From Squalus acanthias (Eukaryota): 64,000 bases of DNA. Positions 10,911-23,720 of this stretch are shown here, one piece after another. Numbering within the stretch: position 1 is the stretch's first letter; each line of letters opens with the position of its first letter. Under the pieces are notes generated by a model. That model made no database searches. It saw nothing but the letters and a program-made list of their open reading frames with translations, and was not told the DNA's origin. The stretch lies in NCBI GenBank assembly GCA_030390025.1, contig CM059432.1:12524001-12588000 (forward strand), in the 5' to 3' direction. The position numbers and the translations under genes were made by a program.

Positions 10911-11810
10911 CACCTGTGGCTCAGTGGTAGCACGCTCGCCTCTGTAGGCAGAAGGTTGTGGGTTCAAATCCCATTCCGAGAGGCTTGAGCATAAAATCTA
11001 AGCCGACACTCCAGTGCTGAGGGAGTGCTGATAAACCGAGGCCTTGTCTGCCCTCTCTGGTGGACGACTTCTTCTTAGGCAGTCCCTCGGAACCGAGGAT
11101 GACTTGCTTCCACATTAAAAAATGAGTTCTCAGGTGACTGATGAGTCCAATGCGGGACCTACAGTCTCTCCTGAAAGGTCTGGCTCTTAATCTTTAGACG
11201 ATGCCCCCCTAGTCCTAGACTCCCCAACCAGCGGAAGTAGTTTCAATCTAGAGAAATAGGTGGGGCAGACGGTGGTTGAAGGGACGGGCGGGCGGGTGGG
11301 TCGGGTGCTTGGGTTGACGTGCGCTCCTTGCTCTTGGCTTCCGCTTGCTCCCAGCGAAGTGACTCGAGGTGTTCGGCGCCTTCCCGGATGCTTCTCCACT
11401 TTGTGCGGTCTTGGGCCAGGGATTCTCAGGTGTCGGTGGGGATGTTGCACTTTTTCCAAGGAGGTTTTGAGGGTGTCCTTGAAGCGTTTCCTCTGCCCGC
11501 CTGGGGCTCTCTTGCCGTGTCGGAGCTCCGAGTAGAGCACTTATTTTGGGAGTCTCGTATCGGGCATGCGGACGATGTGACCCGTCCATCGGAGCTGATC
11601 GAGCGTGGTCAAAGCTTCGATGCTGGCCTGAGCGAGAACACCGACATTGGTGCGCCTATCCTGCCAATGGATTTGCAGGATCTTGCGGAGGCAGCGTTGG
11701 TGGTACCTCTCCTCCAGTGCTTTGAGGTGCCTGCTGTACGTGACACACATAGACATGGCACTATTTCAAAGGCGGCCAGGGTGCCCTGGCCAATATTCAT
11801 CCCTATTTAT
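10911..11810 (+). mobile_element. tRNA-derived Deu-domain (SacSINE1-like) SINE split by an RTE LINE
   Basis: Head TGGCTCAGTGG..GGTTCAAATCC (A/B boxes) at 10917-10971. The body resumes CATGGCACTATTTC at ~11755. Matches the intact copy at 20738. Confidence 0.75.
11067..11745 (-). mobile_element. RTE-clade LINE 3' fragment (contains a small CR1 piece at ~11170-11255)
   Basis: YHQRCLRKILQIHWQDRRTN..QLRWTGHIVRMPDTRLPK..LYSELRHGKR..GGQRKRFKDTLK, diagnostic RTE C-terminal motifs. Confidence 0.9.
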
Positions 11811-12089
11811 AATCCTCCTTACACACGAAGGATTACATATCACAGACCTCTGGGTTTGAGAGGGGAGGCACTTCACGGTCAGTAAATATTAGCACAAAAA
11901 AAAATAACCATTTTGAATTTGGTAGTGGGTGGGAGGGGAAGAGAAATGTGAAAATTTGTAAATAAATGAGAAAAAGGATTTACAACACAACAATGCAAAT
12001 AAAAAAAGTTAAAATAGTGCCTCACAGCACTTGTGCACGATACTGAGCCAAAAGGAACCAGGCTTCCTTCCTCCTCCACACAACAAGGA

Positions 12090-12840
12090 AGTGCCAGTTT
12101 GGCTCAATGGTAGCACTTGCATCTGAGTCAGAGGATCGTCACTTCAAGCCCCACCCCAAGACATCAGCGCGTTATCTAATTTAACACTTCGGAAGGTATG
12201 CTGCATTATCGGAGGCGCTGTGTCCCAGATGAGTCCATACACCGAGGCCCCATGCCTGTTCAATGTGACCATTAAAATCTTCGACAGCTCTACTTCTCTA
12301 GAGAGCAACTACTGGTTGGGGAGTCTAGGACTAGTCTAAAAATTAAGAGCCAGGCCTTTCAGGAGAGAAGTTAGGAAACACGCAACGGGTGGTAGAAGTT
12401 TGGAACTCTCTTCCGCAAACGGCAATTGATGCTAGGTCAATTGTTAATTTTAAATCCTAGATTGAGAGATTTCTGTTAACCAAAGGGATTAAGGGATATG
12501 GGGCCAAAGGCGGGTATATGGAGTTAGGTCACAGATCAGCCACAATCTCATTGAATGGTGGGAACAGGCTCGAGGGGCTCAATGGCCTCCTCCTGTTCCT
12601 ATGTTCCTCTTTGAAGAGCAGTAGGGAGTTCTCCTGGTGCTCTGGCCAGCATCTCTTTCTCAATGAATACCACCAAAAAAAAAAGATGAATTGGTCATTC
12701 ATCTCATCTGCTGTTTGTGAGACCTTGTGCACAAATTGCCTGTTGTATCTGTCTACATAACAGTGACTACACTTGTAAAAATAACCCATGGATGTGAAGC
12801 TCTGGGATGTCCTGAGGACATAAATTGCCATATAAACGTT
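12090..12840 (+). mobile_element. Degenerate Deu-type SINE interrupted by a CR1 3' end (~12315-12606)
   Basis: SINE head TGGCTCAATGGTAGCAC and tail ACAGTGACTACACTT..TATAAA. The insert has TGGAACTCTCTTCC and a CR1 UTR. Confidence 0.7.
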
Positions 12841-13072
12841 CTTTCATTAAACACTTTCGAGAAGGCTATGTTGCTCTCAGATCTTAATTCCTGATTAGTT
12901 CCCATTAAAATGTATGTGTTTTTTTTTAAAGTTAGTGGTACAAAGCTTTAACTCTTGATAAAAATGCAACTACAATATTGTGCTTTTCACTGGCTAACTG
13001 AAGTTGCAGTGAAGGGCCATAACTCATAAAAATCACTTTGTCAGCCCCTCATATTTCTTTATTTTTAAAGGT

Positions 13073-13510
13073 GTCAGCCTTGGCTCAGTGGTAGCACTCT
13101 CGCCTCCAGGTCAGAAGATTGTCGATTAAAGCCTCACTTCAGAGACTCAAGTACATAATCTAGAATGAGAGAAAGCCTTGCATTTATATCGCGCCTTTCA
13201 CCTACCACCGGACATCCCAAAGCGCTTGACAGCCAATGAAGTACTTTCTGAAGTGGAGTCACTGTTGTAATGTGGGAAACGCGGCAGCCACTTTGTGCAC
13301 AGCAAGCTCCCACAAACAGCAATGTGATAATGACCAGATAATCTGTTTTTTTTTTTAGTGATGTTGTTTGAGGGATAAATATTGGCCAGGACACCGGGGA
13401 TAACTCCCCTGCTCTTCTTCGAAATAGTGCCGTGGGATCTTTTACGTCCACCTGAGAGAGCAGACGGGGCCTCGGTTAACGTCTCATCCGAAAGACGGCA
13501 CCTCCGACAG
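13073..13510. mobile_element. Deu-type SINE head (+, 13073-13163) abutting a SINE body and tail (-, ~13170-13510)
   Basis: Both parts match the intact copy at 20738-21180, in opposite orientations. Confidence 0.8.
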
Positions 13511-13669
13511 ATGATGCAAACCAGGATGAGAGAAAGACCCAAGTAGTGAGTACAACTAAACTAACCTTGCTATGTCAGGGATTATATTCTTGCAACTTGA
13601 CTCAGCCACAAATCCAGGAAGTCAAGTTTTCACATGAAAATAGAAGTGAGTCAAATAAATGCACGGAAC

Positions 13670-14440
13670 TCAATAAATCCAATGGGGAATTCAGGAGAAA
13701 GTTCTTTACTCCGAGAATGGAGAGAATGTGAAACTCGGTACCATATGGAAACATAGAAAAATAGGAGCAGGAGTCGGCCATTCGAGCCTGCTCCGCCATT
13801 CAATATGATCATGGCTGATCCTCTATCTCAATACCATATTCCCGCTCTCTCCCCATACCCCTTGACGCCTTTTGTGTCTAGAAATCTATCTGTCTCCTTC
13901 TTAAATATATTCAGTGACTTGGCCTCCACAGCCTTCTGTGGTAGAGAATTCCACAGGTTCACCACCCTCTGAGTGAAGAAATTTCTCCTCATCTCAGTCT
14001 TAAATGTCCTATCACGTATCCTGAGACTGTGACCCCCTCGTTCTAGACCCCCTAGCCAGGGGAAACATCCTCCCTGCATCCAGTCTGTCTAGCCCTGTCA
14101 GAATTTTATACGTTTCAATGAGATGATCCCATTCTCATTCTTCTAAACTCTAGTGAATACAGGCCTAGTCGACCCAATCTCTCCTCATACGACAGTCCTG
14201 CCATCCCAGGAGTCAGTCTGGTGAACCTTCGCTGCACTCCCTCTATGGAGTGGGTGAGGTGAATAGCATAGATGCATTTAAGGGAAAGCTAGATAAGTAC
14301 ATAAGGGAGTAAGGAATAGAAGGATATGTCGATAAGGTGAGATGAAGTAAATAAAATGGGTGGAGGCTCATGTGGAGCATAAACACCGGCATAGACCTCT
14401 TGGGCTGAATGGCCTGTTTCTGTGCTGTAAATTCTATGAA
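13670..14440 (+). mobile_element. CR1 3' end hosting a nested minus-strand CR1 (13750-14243)
   Basis: Host FRRKFFT..W continues after the insert. TATGGA is duplicated at 13744-13749 and 14244-14249. The insert is nearly identical to 42748-43260. Confidence 0.88.
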
Positions 14441-15554
14441 CGGGTAGAAAGACTTGTGTGTGTAGCAAAACTGTTCCTTAATCAAAATGTACCAGACTAC
14501 AAATACACATGCTTGTTACAGTTTGCAGTAGGCATAGTGGATGCCACGCTTTCCGAAGAAAAATGCAACATGAACAGCTATCACTGTGTACTATCACTTA
14601 TTAGATTTATATGCGCACACACAACAAAATAAGCATAGTATAATTATATGATTTACTTGGCATTTATAAACTACAATGAATTTAACAGTATTTTGATTTG
14701 CTATATAAGAGTAATGCCTTTTGTAAAATTATTTATACCAATCTAGGTTTACTTGCTTTTATTAAAAAAAAATGGCACTCTATTGAACCAAAACATCTTC
14801 TGGAATCTATCAGGGAAACATTAAGCCCTCCTATCGGCCATTAATTATGAACAGGGATTACATTTTTCTATTACAATACTTAAAATATCCAGACTGTCAT
14901 AACACCGGCTTCTATTTTAAGTTGGAGACAACCCAAGCATGTGGCTTCTATCCAGACCTTAAATTCCAACATTTTTGGCATCAACCCACGGTGTTTATCA
15001 TATCCATCAGGGTACAGTTTATTTTGGAAGAACAAGTGTACATAAGATAGCCTGCAAAAACACAATGGTAGCTTACGTTCTGTTCAAGTGACAGAAAATG
15101 GGAACTTAGCAGTCCAGTAAGCACAGCAACTGCACATTTCCACAGTGACCAGGGATCAGTTGTTGTCTGAATGCTTAAAAAAAAAAAATCAATAAATGAG
15201 TTTAAAGGGAGCTGATTGAGACTTGATGGTGTATTCCATTGGACATGCTTTCACCTCTCAAATGGAAAGTCTCCTTCTTCAACCCCCGTTAAGCAACAGT
15301 CATGAAAGTTTGGATACTCTAAACGTAGTTCCCAGTTGGTGTGGGTCAGCAATACAAAACTATCTGTAATTCAGTAATAAAGCGGATGTTTCAGTTAAAG
15401 GCACCCAAAGGATGGGCGTAAGGGGTGGTTCTCTGAGGTTAGGGTTCAGGCACAGTACAAAAGGTTAGTCCATTACCATGTTTTACCTGACCTGGCAGTG
15501 CTTGGTGCTGCCAAAAGTAGCAGCACCAAGACGGCTCATCAATGAGCAAAAAAA

Positions 15555-16054
15555 NNNNNNNNNNNNNNNNNNNNNNNNNNNNNNNNNNNNNNNNNNNNNN
15601 NNNNNNNNNNNNNNNNNNNNNNNNNNNNNNNNNNNNNNNNNNNNNNNNNNNNNNNNNNNNNNNNNNNNNNNNNNNNNNNNNNNNNNNNNNNNNNNNNNNN
15701 NNNNNNNNNNNNNNNNNNNNNNNNNNNNNNNNNNNNNNNNNNNNNNNNNNNNNNNNNNNNNNNNNNNNNNNNNNNNNNNNNNNNNNNNNNNNNNNNNNNN
15801 NNNNNNNNNNNNNNNNNNNNNNNNNNNNNNNNNNNNNNNNNNNNNNNNNNNNNNNNNNNNNNNNNNNNNNNNNNNNNNNNNNNNNNNNNNNNNNNNNNNN
15901 NNNNNNNNNNNNNNNNNNNNNNNNNNNNNNNNNNNNNNNNNNNNNNNNNNNNNNNNNNNNNNNNNNNNNNNNNNNNNNNNNNNNNNNNNNNNNNNNNNNN
16001 NNNNNNNNNNNNNNNNNNNNNNNNNNNNNNNNNNNNNNNNNNNNNNNNNNNNNN
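15555..16054. other. Assembly gap (500 N)
   Basis: Run of N; the ORFs spanning it are artefacts. Confidence 1.
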
Positions 16055-17789
16055 GGGGGGGAGGGGGGCGGGAGGCCAAAGATAAGCTCCACTATCTTCT
16101 TGAGTCTCCTTTCCAATATATATGAACACAAGAGAATCCACAATTAATACCCACCACCTGAATACAATTAACACCTAATTGAATACAATTAAAATCCTTT
16201 AGTGGCCCTATATGATCCTTCATGCCCTTTAGACTTCTGACATAGCTAAAAAAGCGTTTGCTGTTACTGCCACAATTACTTTACCCAATCCACTCTTGCT
16301 TTAGTCCCACTGCAGTTGAAACTCTTATCCATTGTTACCCCCACGCTCAATGTCCTAGGCTTTCTGCCTCCCATTGATATTTCAGTGAATCTGGGAATGC
16401 AAAGATGCTTGGGGACACATTCTGCTATGAACCCGACTCCTTGGCCCCACCCCCAACCCCCATTTCCCAGTGCCCAGGCCCCCTGCGGCAGAGGGATATG
16501 CCTACCCGTACGTGGGCGGGCGTACACCAATGATACTCGAATTGGAGAGGTACATTGCTCAACGTGTTTGCCACGATTTGTGTCCTTTGCGTCTATCAGG
16601 CAACCAGTGATCTTCCGATAACGGTGGGGGCCCACTATTTCTGTTTGGAATATGGGCCTATGCATGTATCTTTTTGGTGCCGTATTCATAGAGGTGGATG
16701 CCAGTGATGCACACAGCCAATGGAAGCACTGCAAAAAAGGGTAATGTGATGCTCTGCGATCACAGCGTGTTTCTCATTCATTCTTTTTGTCGCTGTGAGC
16801 ATGCTGGGAGGAGGTATTCAGAGAAGTACTGTGATTTGAGTCTCATAGGGATAGTTAGGAGTTTTTGAAATAGTGTGACAGCAGGAGCCCATACATCAGA
16901 ATAGAGGGTCAATAACATTTATAGCCAACACACATTATCCTGATCGATAGACATACTGCCTAAAATATATTGGTATTATATCCCACTGGTGTAAGCTACT
17001 TATATTCAATTGTAAAATTACCAGATATCAGAATTGGAAAATCCACTTTTGATTATCAGAGCATTCTTTCTATGAAACTTCACTTAAGTTTGTAACACGA
17101 AATAAACTGTAATGTCCAAAATGAATTATGAAATACTTCAGTGGTTTAGAAGTTAAAATTGACTTACAGAGAAGATGCAGCCCAGTTGTAACTCCATTTG
17201 TGTGGCATGTAGGCGTGACTGATTAGCTTGTTATAGATCAGTCACAGTGGTGGCTTCTTTAGATAACTAATCAAAAACCAGGCAATAATTAATAGTCTTT
17301 AGCCCTGTCTGTGGGAAACTACCATTCTAAATAGGAGATTGCTGGTGTGGGAAAATAGAAATGTCAGTCTGACACATTATCATTAAAGCACTTAGCAACT
17401 CAATACAGAGTGGCACTATAGTTTAACTGCATAATCTGAACTATGTGGATATCTGATTAAGTCTCAGACAGATAGCCGATAAGGTTCTGTAATGTAAATT
17501 GCTCCAGAGAGCTTTGATTTTGAGAGCAATGGGCTATATCTTGTTGATGTGAACATTTAAGGGGAGATTTTCCATTTCGGGTATTCCTAGCATAGGCTTA
17601 GACTACATATTGGAAAATCATGCGATTTTATTGGAAATCGCATGTTTTCCATCCGTTAAAAATAATTTACTGCTCCACTACACCGTTTGTGGGCATAACA
17701 AAGGCATTTTAATCTCTTGATTTTTTATAATGTAATGACTTTCACTATTTCTCCTTTTCTAGTTAACTTCTTTTTTTATATTTTCTTGG

Positions 17790-18610
17790 ACACAGACATA
17801 TATTGGTGAAATGGGCAGACACACGGCAGATGCAATTTAATGCAGTTAAGAATGAAGCGATGCACTTTGGGAGAACAACATGGAGAGGCAGTATCATCTA
17901 AACGGCACTATTTTGAGGGGGTGCAAGAAGAGGGTGCAAATCTTTGAAGGTGGTAGGGCAAGTTGATAAGGCAGTTAGAAAGCATATGGGATATTTGGCT
18001 TTGTAAATAAGGGCATTGAATACAAAAACAAGGAAGCCATACTAAACCTTTACAAATCACTGGTTAGGCCTCAGCTGGAGTATTGTGTACAATTTTGGGC
18101 ACCACACTTTAGGAAGGATGTCAAGGTCTTGCCGAGGGTACAGAGAAGGTTTAGCAGGATGATACCAAGGATGAGGGACTTCAGTTATGTGGAGAGAATG
18201 GAGAAGCTAGGATTGTTCTCCTTAGAGCTGAGGAGGTTAAGGGGAGACCTAATAGAGGTATTTAAAATTATGAAGAGTTTTGTAGGGCAACTAGGGAGAA
18301 ACTGTTTCCTCTGGCAAGTGGGTTGGTAACCAGAGGTCGTAGATTTAAAATAATTGGCAAAAAGACTAGAGGGAAAATTAGGAGAATTTTATTTTCACAC
18401 AGAGAGTTGGTAAGATCTGCAATGCATTATCTGAAAGGGTGGTGGGATCAGATTACATAGGAACTTTCAAAAGGCAACTGGACATGTACTTGAAGAGGAC
18501 TAATTTGCAGAGTTATGTGGAAAAAGCTGGGGTGTGGGACTAAATTGGACAGCTCTTTGAAAAAGCTGACACAGGCCGAATGGACCCTTTCTGTGCTGTA
18601 AGATTCTATG
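17790..18610 (+). mobile_element. CR1 RT 3' fragment, moderately diverged
   Basis: KWADTRQMQFN..LVRPQLEYCVQFW..LRRLRGDLIEVFKIMK plus 3' UTR. Confidence 0.9.
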
Positions 18611-19254
18611 CTCCATTCCTGGCCACGACCACTTCCCAGAGCTCGGCCAAGGCTTTTCTGAAACTGACCATGAGGAAGTACTCTAAGTTACCTTTCCGGT
18701 CTTGTGGGAATGCACCTCTTTCCCCTAATGCCTGCCCACAGGAATTCAGGATAGGAAGGATCTGAAAACAACCTATGCCCCATCATTCCATGATTCAATT
18801 CATTTTGGACTTCAAAATCCTATGCCTCTATGCTACTACCTAATAAGGTCTCTTTAAACTTCTGTAGCCATTTATGATTCTAAATTCATAAATCACTGAG
18901 GTCGGTTACCTCAGTGCTACCGTAAGCATTTTGATGATGAACGTCGGCCTGGGAGCACTTGGGACAAATCTGAGAGTGGTCCAATGGGAGTAAAAGCCAG
19001 ATTGATGTCTAGTGGGGCTGGTTGTGGGGTATTTGGTTTAGGAGCGGATGTCGATAATTGTGGAACAAACATGCCTGCTGGATGACAAGAATAAGGTTAA
19101 CAGTGGCCAATGAGAAGTTGTTGCCAGGGAATAGCAACCAATTATAAATAAGTATAAGGACAAATGAAAGGAGAGATTCCATGGCTATATGGCTCTCTCA
19201 AACCAATCAGCTCGCAGGGGATGGACACTCAAGTCACATTAATTAGCTTGCTTC

Positions 19255-20655
19255 AAAGGGACATTTCAATATGGATAGACTGACATTCAATTTTTAATAA
19301 TATAGATTAATGACTTGCGTAAGGGTATAGTAGGCAAAATCTCCAAGTTAGTAGGCCTGTCAAATAATGAACAGCAATACGTACACTGGGTATGGTAGCA
19401 TAGTGTTTACATTACTGGAGTTGGATAAATGTGGTAATTTGAGGGCTAACACAAGGGAAAGAAATGATTATGAAAGCTCTAGATTGTTGGAAAAACTCAA
19501 CAGGTCCATTAATTTCCTTCAGAAAAGGAAACCTGCCACCTTACCTTATCTGGCCTTCATATGACTCTAGTCTACACTATAGAGAGCATTATCATACAGT
19601 CTACCCTATGTGTTCATGTCCTCTGAAGTGGCCTAGAAAGTCAGCCAGTTGTAAGAACAACCATTAGAAGAATGTTCTACCACACATTGTTCAGGATGAC
19701 TAGCGATTGAAAATAAATGCAACCTTGCCTTCAGTGCCCATATAGCCCTGAGAATAAATACAGATTCAGAGACATAACATGGCAGATGCAACTCAAATAT
19801 AGATAAGGGTAAAATAATTAATGTGGGAGCAAGGAACTAAAAAAAAGCAATTTTGTTAAAAGGAACAATGGATGTAAGAGATTTAAAATTTATAATTGAT
19901 AAAGCTGTGAAATCATCTGCACAGTGTCTACTGCAGCAAACAAAGTCAATAAAAAACCTGGTTGCATAAGCTGAAAGATAGAATACAAGTATAAACAGAT
20001 TGTATTGTTGCTGTATAAGCTGTTGCTCAGGCCCATCTGACGTATGTACTTCTAGTCATCTAATCATAGGAAGGATATTATTGCTCTTGAGAGGGCACAG
20101 AGGCAAACAACAATAATGATTGTGGGTATCAGGGATTTGAATTTTGAGGAAAGGTTAAGCAGCGTTGGGTTTGTTTACTTTAGAAGAGATGAAACTGTTA
20201 GGTGATTGAAGTTTTCAAGATTATGAAGGGAATTGTTTATTATAGTAGTAGAGAGTGGGATCAGACTAGGTGGCTCATGAGGAAAAAAACACTTGATGGG
20301 CCAAATGGTTCCGTGATATTATTCAAAGGGTTTCAGATATTGGAGCACACAAGTTCAAAAAATAGGAAGTTACAAGTAAGAGGGAATTCAGATGTAACTT
20401 CTTCACCATCAAAGTAATAAAGTTGTGAAATTAGTTACCCGGGATAGCCATTGAAGCAGATAGTGTAAATGAGTCCAAGAGACAATTGGATGCACTTCTG
20501 GCGAGAGAAAAGATTATGGATATTGTGAAATAGTGGCTAGATGGCATCAATCTCTCAAAAAAGGGATGGGCTTGTTTCCATGTTACTATAAATGCACCAA
20601 GGGAATACTGTGGCTAGGTGGGCTAGATGGACTGAAGGTCCTCTCCTGCCTTAAA
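19255..20655 (+). mobile_element. Old CR1 fragment with a nested degenerate tRNA-SINE (~19385-19760)
   Basis: Remnants of INDL, WQMQ and IEVFKIMKG. The insert resembles the SINE at 40850-41263. Confidence 0.6.
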
Positions 20656-20737
20656 TTGTTAGTATGCTAGGAGCCTAACAGCATATCCCCATTCTTAAAA
20701 GATTCTGCATTCTTTAATGTTTGAGCAGTGTCAATCA

Positions 20738-21181
20738 GCGTCAGCTGTGGCTCAGTGGGTAGCACTCTCGCCTCTGAGTCAGAAGGTTGTAGGTTCAGAG
20801 TCCCACTCCAGAGACTTGAGCACAAAAATCTAAGCTGACACTCCAGTGCTGCGCTGTCAGAGGTGCCGTCTTTTGGATGAGACGTTAAACCGTCCCGTCT
20901 GCTCTCTCAGGTCGAAGTAAAAGATCCCATGGCACTATTTCAAGGAAGAGCAGGGGAGTTATCCCCGGTGACCTGGCCAATATCTATCCCTCGATCAACA
21001 TCACATAAAACAGATTATCTGGTCATTATCACATTGCTGTTTGTGGGAGCTTGCTGTGTGCAAATTGGCTGCCGCGTTTCCTACATTACAACAGTGACTA
21101 CACTTCAAAAGTACTTCATTGGCTGTAAAACGCTTTGGGACGTCCTGAGGTCGTGAAAGGCGCTATATAAATGCAAGTCTC
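20738..21181 (+). mobile_element. Full-length Deu-domain (SacSINE1-like) tRNA SINE
   Basis: A box TGGCTCAGTGG and B-box-like GGTTCAGAGTCC, a central GATCCCATGGCACTATTTC..CTGGCCAATAT domain, and an L2-like tail GCGCTATATAAATGCAAG. Confidence 0.85.
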
Positions 21182-21244
21182 TTTTTTCTTTAGCCATGTG
21201 GAACCAGAAAACAAAATACAAAATATTCACCATTGATCACAATC

Positions 21245-21432
21245 AACAACTTGTATTTATATAGCGCCTTTAACATAGTAAAACATCCCAAGATGCTTCA
21301 CAGGAGCGTAATCAAACCAAATTTGACACCGAGCCACATAAGGAGATATTAGGACAGTTGTGGAGTTTAAGGAGTGTCTTAAAGGAGGAGAGGGAGGTAG
21401 AGAGGCGGAGAGGTTTAGAGAGGGAACTTCAA
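21245..21432 (-). mobile_element. L2-type 3' tail fragment
   Basis: CAACAACTTGTATTTATATAGCG tail; same family as 46370, 51195 and 58250. Confidence 0.75.
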
Positions 21433-22129
21433 ACAACATATGCTGGCGCATTCAGATGTGAGGACCGATTTTCTGGTTAACTAACCGTGGCAGTTTGGTG
21501 AAGAAAATTAGGACCAGAAATTATGAATACTTCCACTCTTTATAATAAGATGCAGTGGATGTGATGGTGCCCTATGGTATATTAGCCTTCATTTGCGCCT
21601 TAGCCACACTGGCTGCCAGGTGTGGTCCTCGTGTCCAGCATTGTTACGGGCTGCAGTGTGAGGAGATGTTAAGTCAAAGCAGCAAATTTGAACTACAACA
21701 TTTTTCAGCTGGCACTGTTAGTCAAGCGACACTGCGATAAGGTGCCACAGCAATTTTCTTCGCCCCCACCCCTACCCCCCCCCACCTAAGGCAGGTGCCA
21801 TAAATGGCCCATAGCGTCTGCCCTACATATGTAAATTATGTTGACCCTGGTAAATGGGCCAGGGTCAGAGATGCAGACAAAGGGTTGACAGAAATCCCAC
21901 CCCCATTACAGCCAACAGGAAAATTAACACTGTGCTAAGTATGTGCCTTATTCAGAAGGATACTCGTGCACGAGATCGTGGTTTCCTCCCTCAGTATGTG
22001 ATCTCCTGTTTATATGCACAATACCAGTAATTCCCAACATTTCTCCCATTGGAGGTGGGGCAATCCCAGCATTTATAGTGACAATTAAACTATAAAACGT
22101 TGCAGCCTCAATGAAGGGCTTTCACCCAT

Positions 22130-22835
22130 CGGAACATAGGAACAGGAGTAGGCCATTCAGCCCCTTGAGCCTGTTCCGCCATTCAATTAGATCATGGCTG
22201 ATCAGTATCTTAACTCCATCTACCCGCCTTGGTTCCATATCCCTTCATACTGTTGCCTAACAAAAATCTATCAATCTCAGTTTTGAAGTTTCCAATTGAC
22301 CCCCAGCCTCAACAGCTTTTTGGGGGAGAGTTTTCCAGATTTCCACTGCCCTTTGTGTGATGAAGTGCTTCCTGACATCACCCCTGAACCTCTAATTTAA
22401 AGGTTATTCTCCCTTGTTCAGGACTCCCCCACCAGAGGAAATAGTTTATCTCTATCTCCCCTATCAAGGGCAAGCAGGCGCATGGGAACACCACCGCCTC
22501 CAAGTTCCCCTCCAAGTCACACACCATCCTGACTTGGAAATATATCGGCCGTTCCTTCGTCGTCGCTGGGTTAAAATCCTGGAACTCCCTCCCTAACAGC
22601 ACTGTGGGAGTACCTTCACTACACGGACTGCAGCGGTTCAAGAAGGCGGCATCTAGGGATGGGCAATAAATGCTGACCTTGCCAGCGACGCCCGCATCCC
22701 ATGAACGAATTAAAAAAAAACTCCTTTGATCATCTTCAGCACCTCTATTAGATCACCCCTTAATCTTCTATGCTCAAGGCAATGCAAGCCTAGTCTATGC
22801 AACCTGTCCTCATAATTTAACCCTTTCAGCCCCAC
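22130..22835 (-). mobile_element. CR1 3' fragment with a nested + strand 3' end of the second LINE family (~22468-22720)
   Basis: Host UTR GGAACATAGGAACAGGAGTAGG. The insert ends CATCCCATGAACGAAT-polyA, like the element at 1451. Confidence 0.85.
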
Positions 22836-23579
22836 TATTGAATGCAGTTCAGTTTTAGAAGGCAAAAGAAACCGCTGCAATGAAAGAAAAATATATTAGA
22901 ACAAGGGAGACAGAGAAGAGGAGTAGAGAAAAAGAAGATACGAGAAAGAGGAAAGCAAGATAATTCATAAATGCCACTTGGCTAATCTCTCTGGTCTGTT
23001 GACAGATGGAGCTTTCTGTTTTAAGCCATTCTTATGTTTTGATGCAAATAGATACCGCAACTATACACCTTGGGACTGAAAATCTCACAGCTAAGATTTG
23101 TACGATGGCGGCACTCCTGTGTCTGGTCATTACAATTTCTTGCAGTTCTAACGTACGAGCTGTGAAACTGCTTTGACCTCGACAAACACTAGGTGGCTCC
23201 ATCTTACTGTTGATTTTTCATTTGGCACTTGTGGCCATATTAAGAAGCTATATACAGTAAATGGTTCTGTAGAAAAGCGGTAAAGCTTATATTATAGTTG
23301 TCAAACAAAGGATATGTTTAGCAATAATTTAAAACACTTCCTAATCAAAAGTTTCCAAGAGATTTTAAAATTACCGAAATGGTTACCAATATAATTTTAA
23401 TTTGCATATATTTAAGATAACACTTCTCCCCAGTTCTTTTCATACTAGATGTTTGAAAGGAGTAAATAGCACTATAGGTGAATTATTGAATTTATCATAA
23501 ACACTGCTTTTTATTTATTTATGATGGTGCCAACTGCTCAGGAATGTAGTGTAGCTGGGGTCTAATAAATACACATAGA

Positions 23580-23720
23580 TAAACATTTAACATCAAGGCA
23601 TCAAGGGGTATGGGGAGAGAGCGGGAATATGGTATTGAGATAGAGGATCAGCCATGATCATATTGAATGGCGGAGCAGGCTCGAATGGCCGAATGGCCTA
23701 CTCCTGCTCCTATTTTTCTA
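23580..23720 (+). mobile_element. CR1 3' UTR
   Basis: Matches the reverse complement of 42748-42890. Confidence 0.85.

Noticed and set aside
15439..16174. Long ORFs containing X
   Set aside because: They span the 500-N gap.
16276..16734. 152-aa minus-strand ORF
   Set aside because: Non-ATG start, no recognisable motif and no splice support.
20738..20810. tRNA-like sequence with A/B boxes
   Set aside because: It is a SINE head followed by SINE body and tail, not a tRNA gene.
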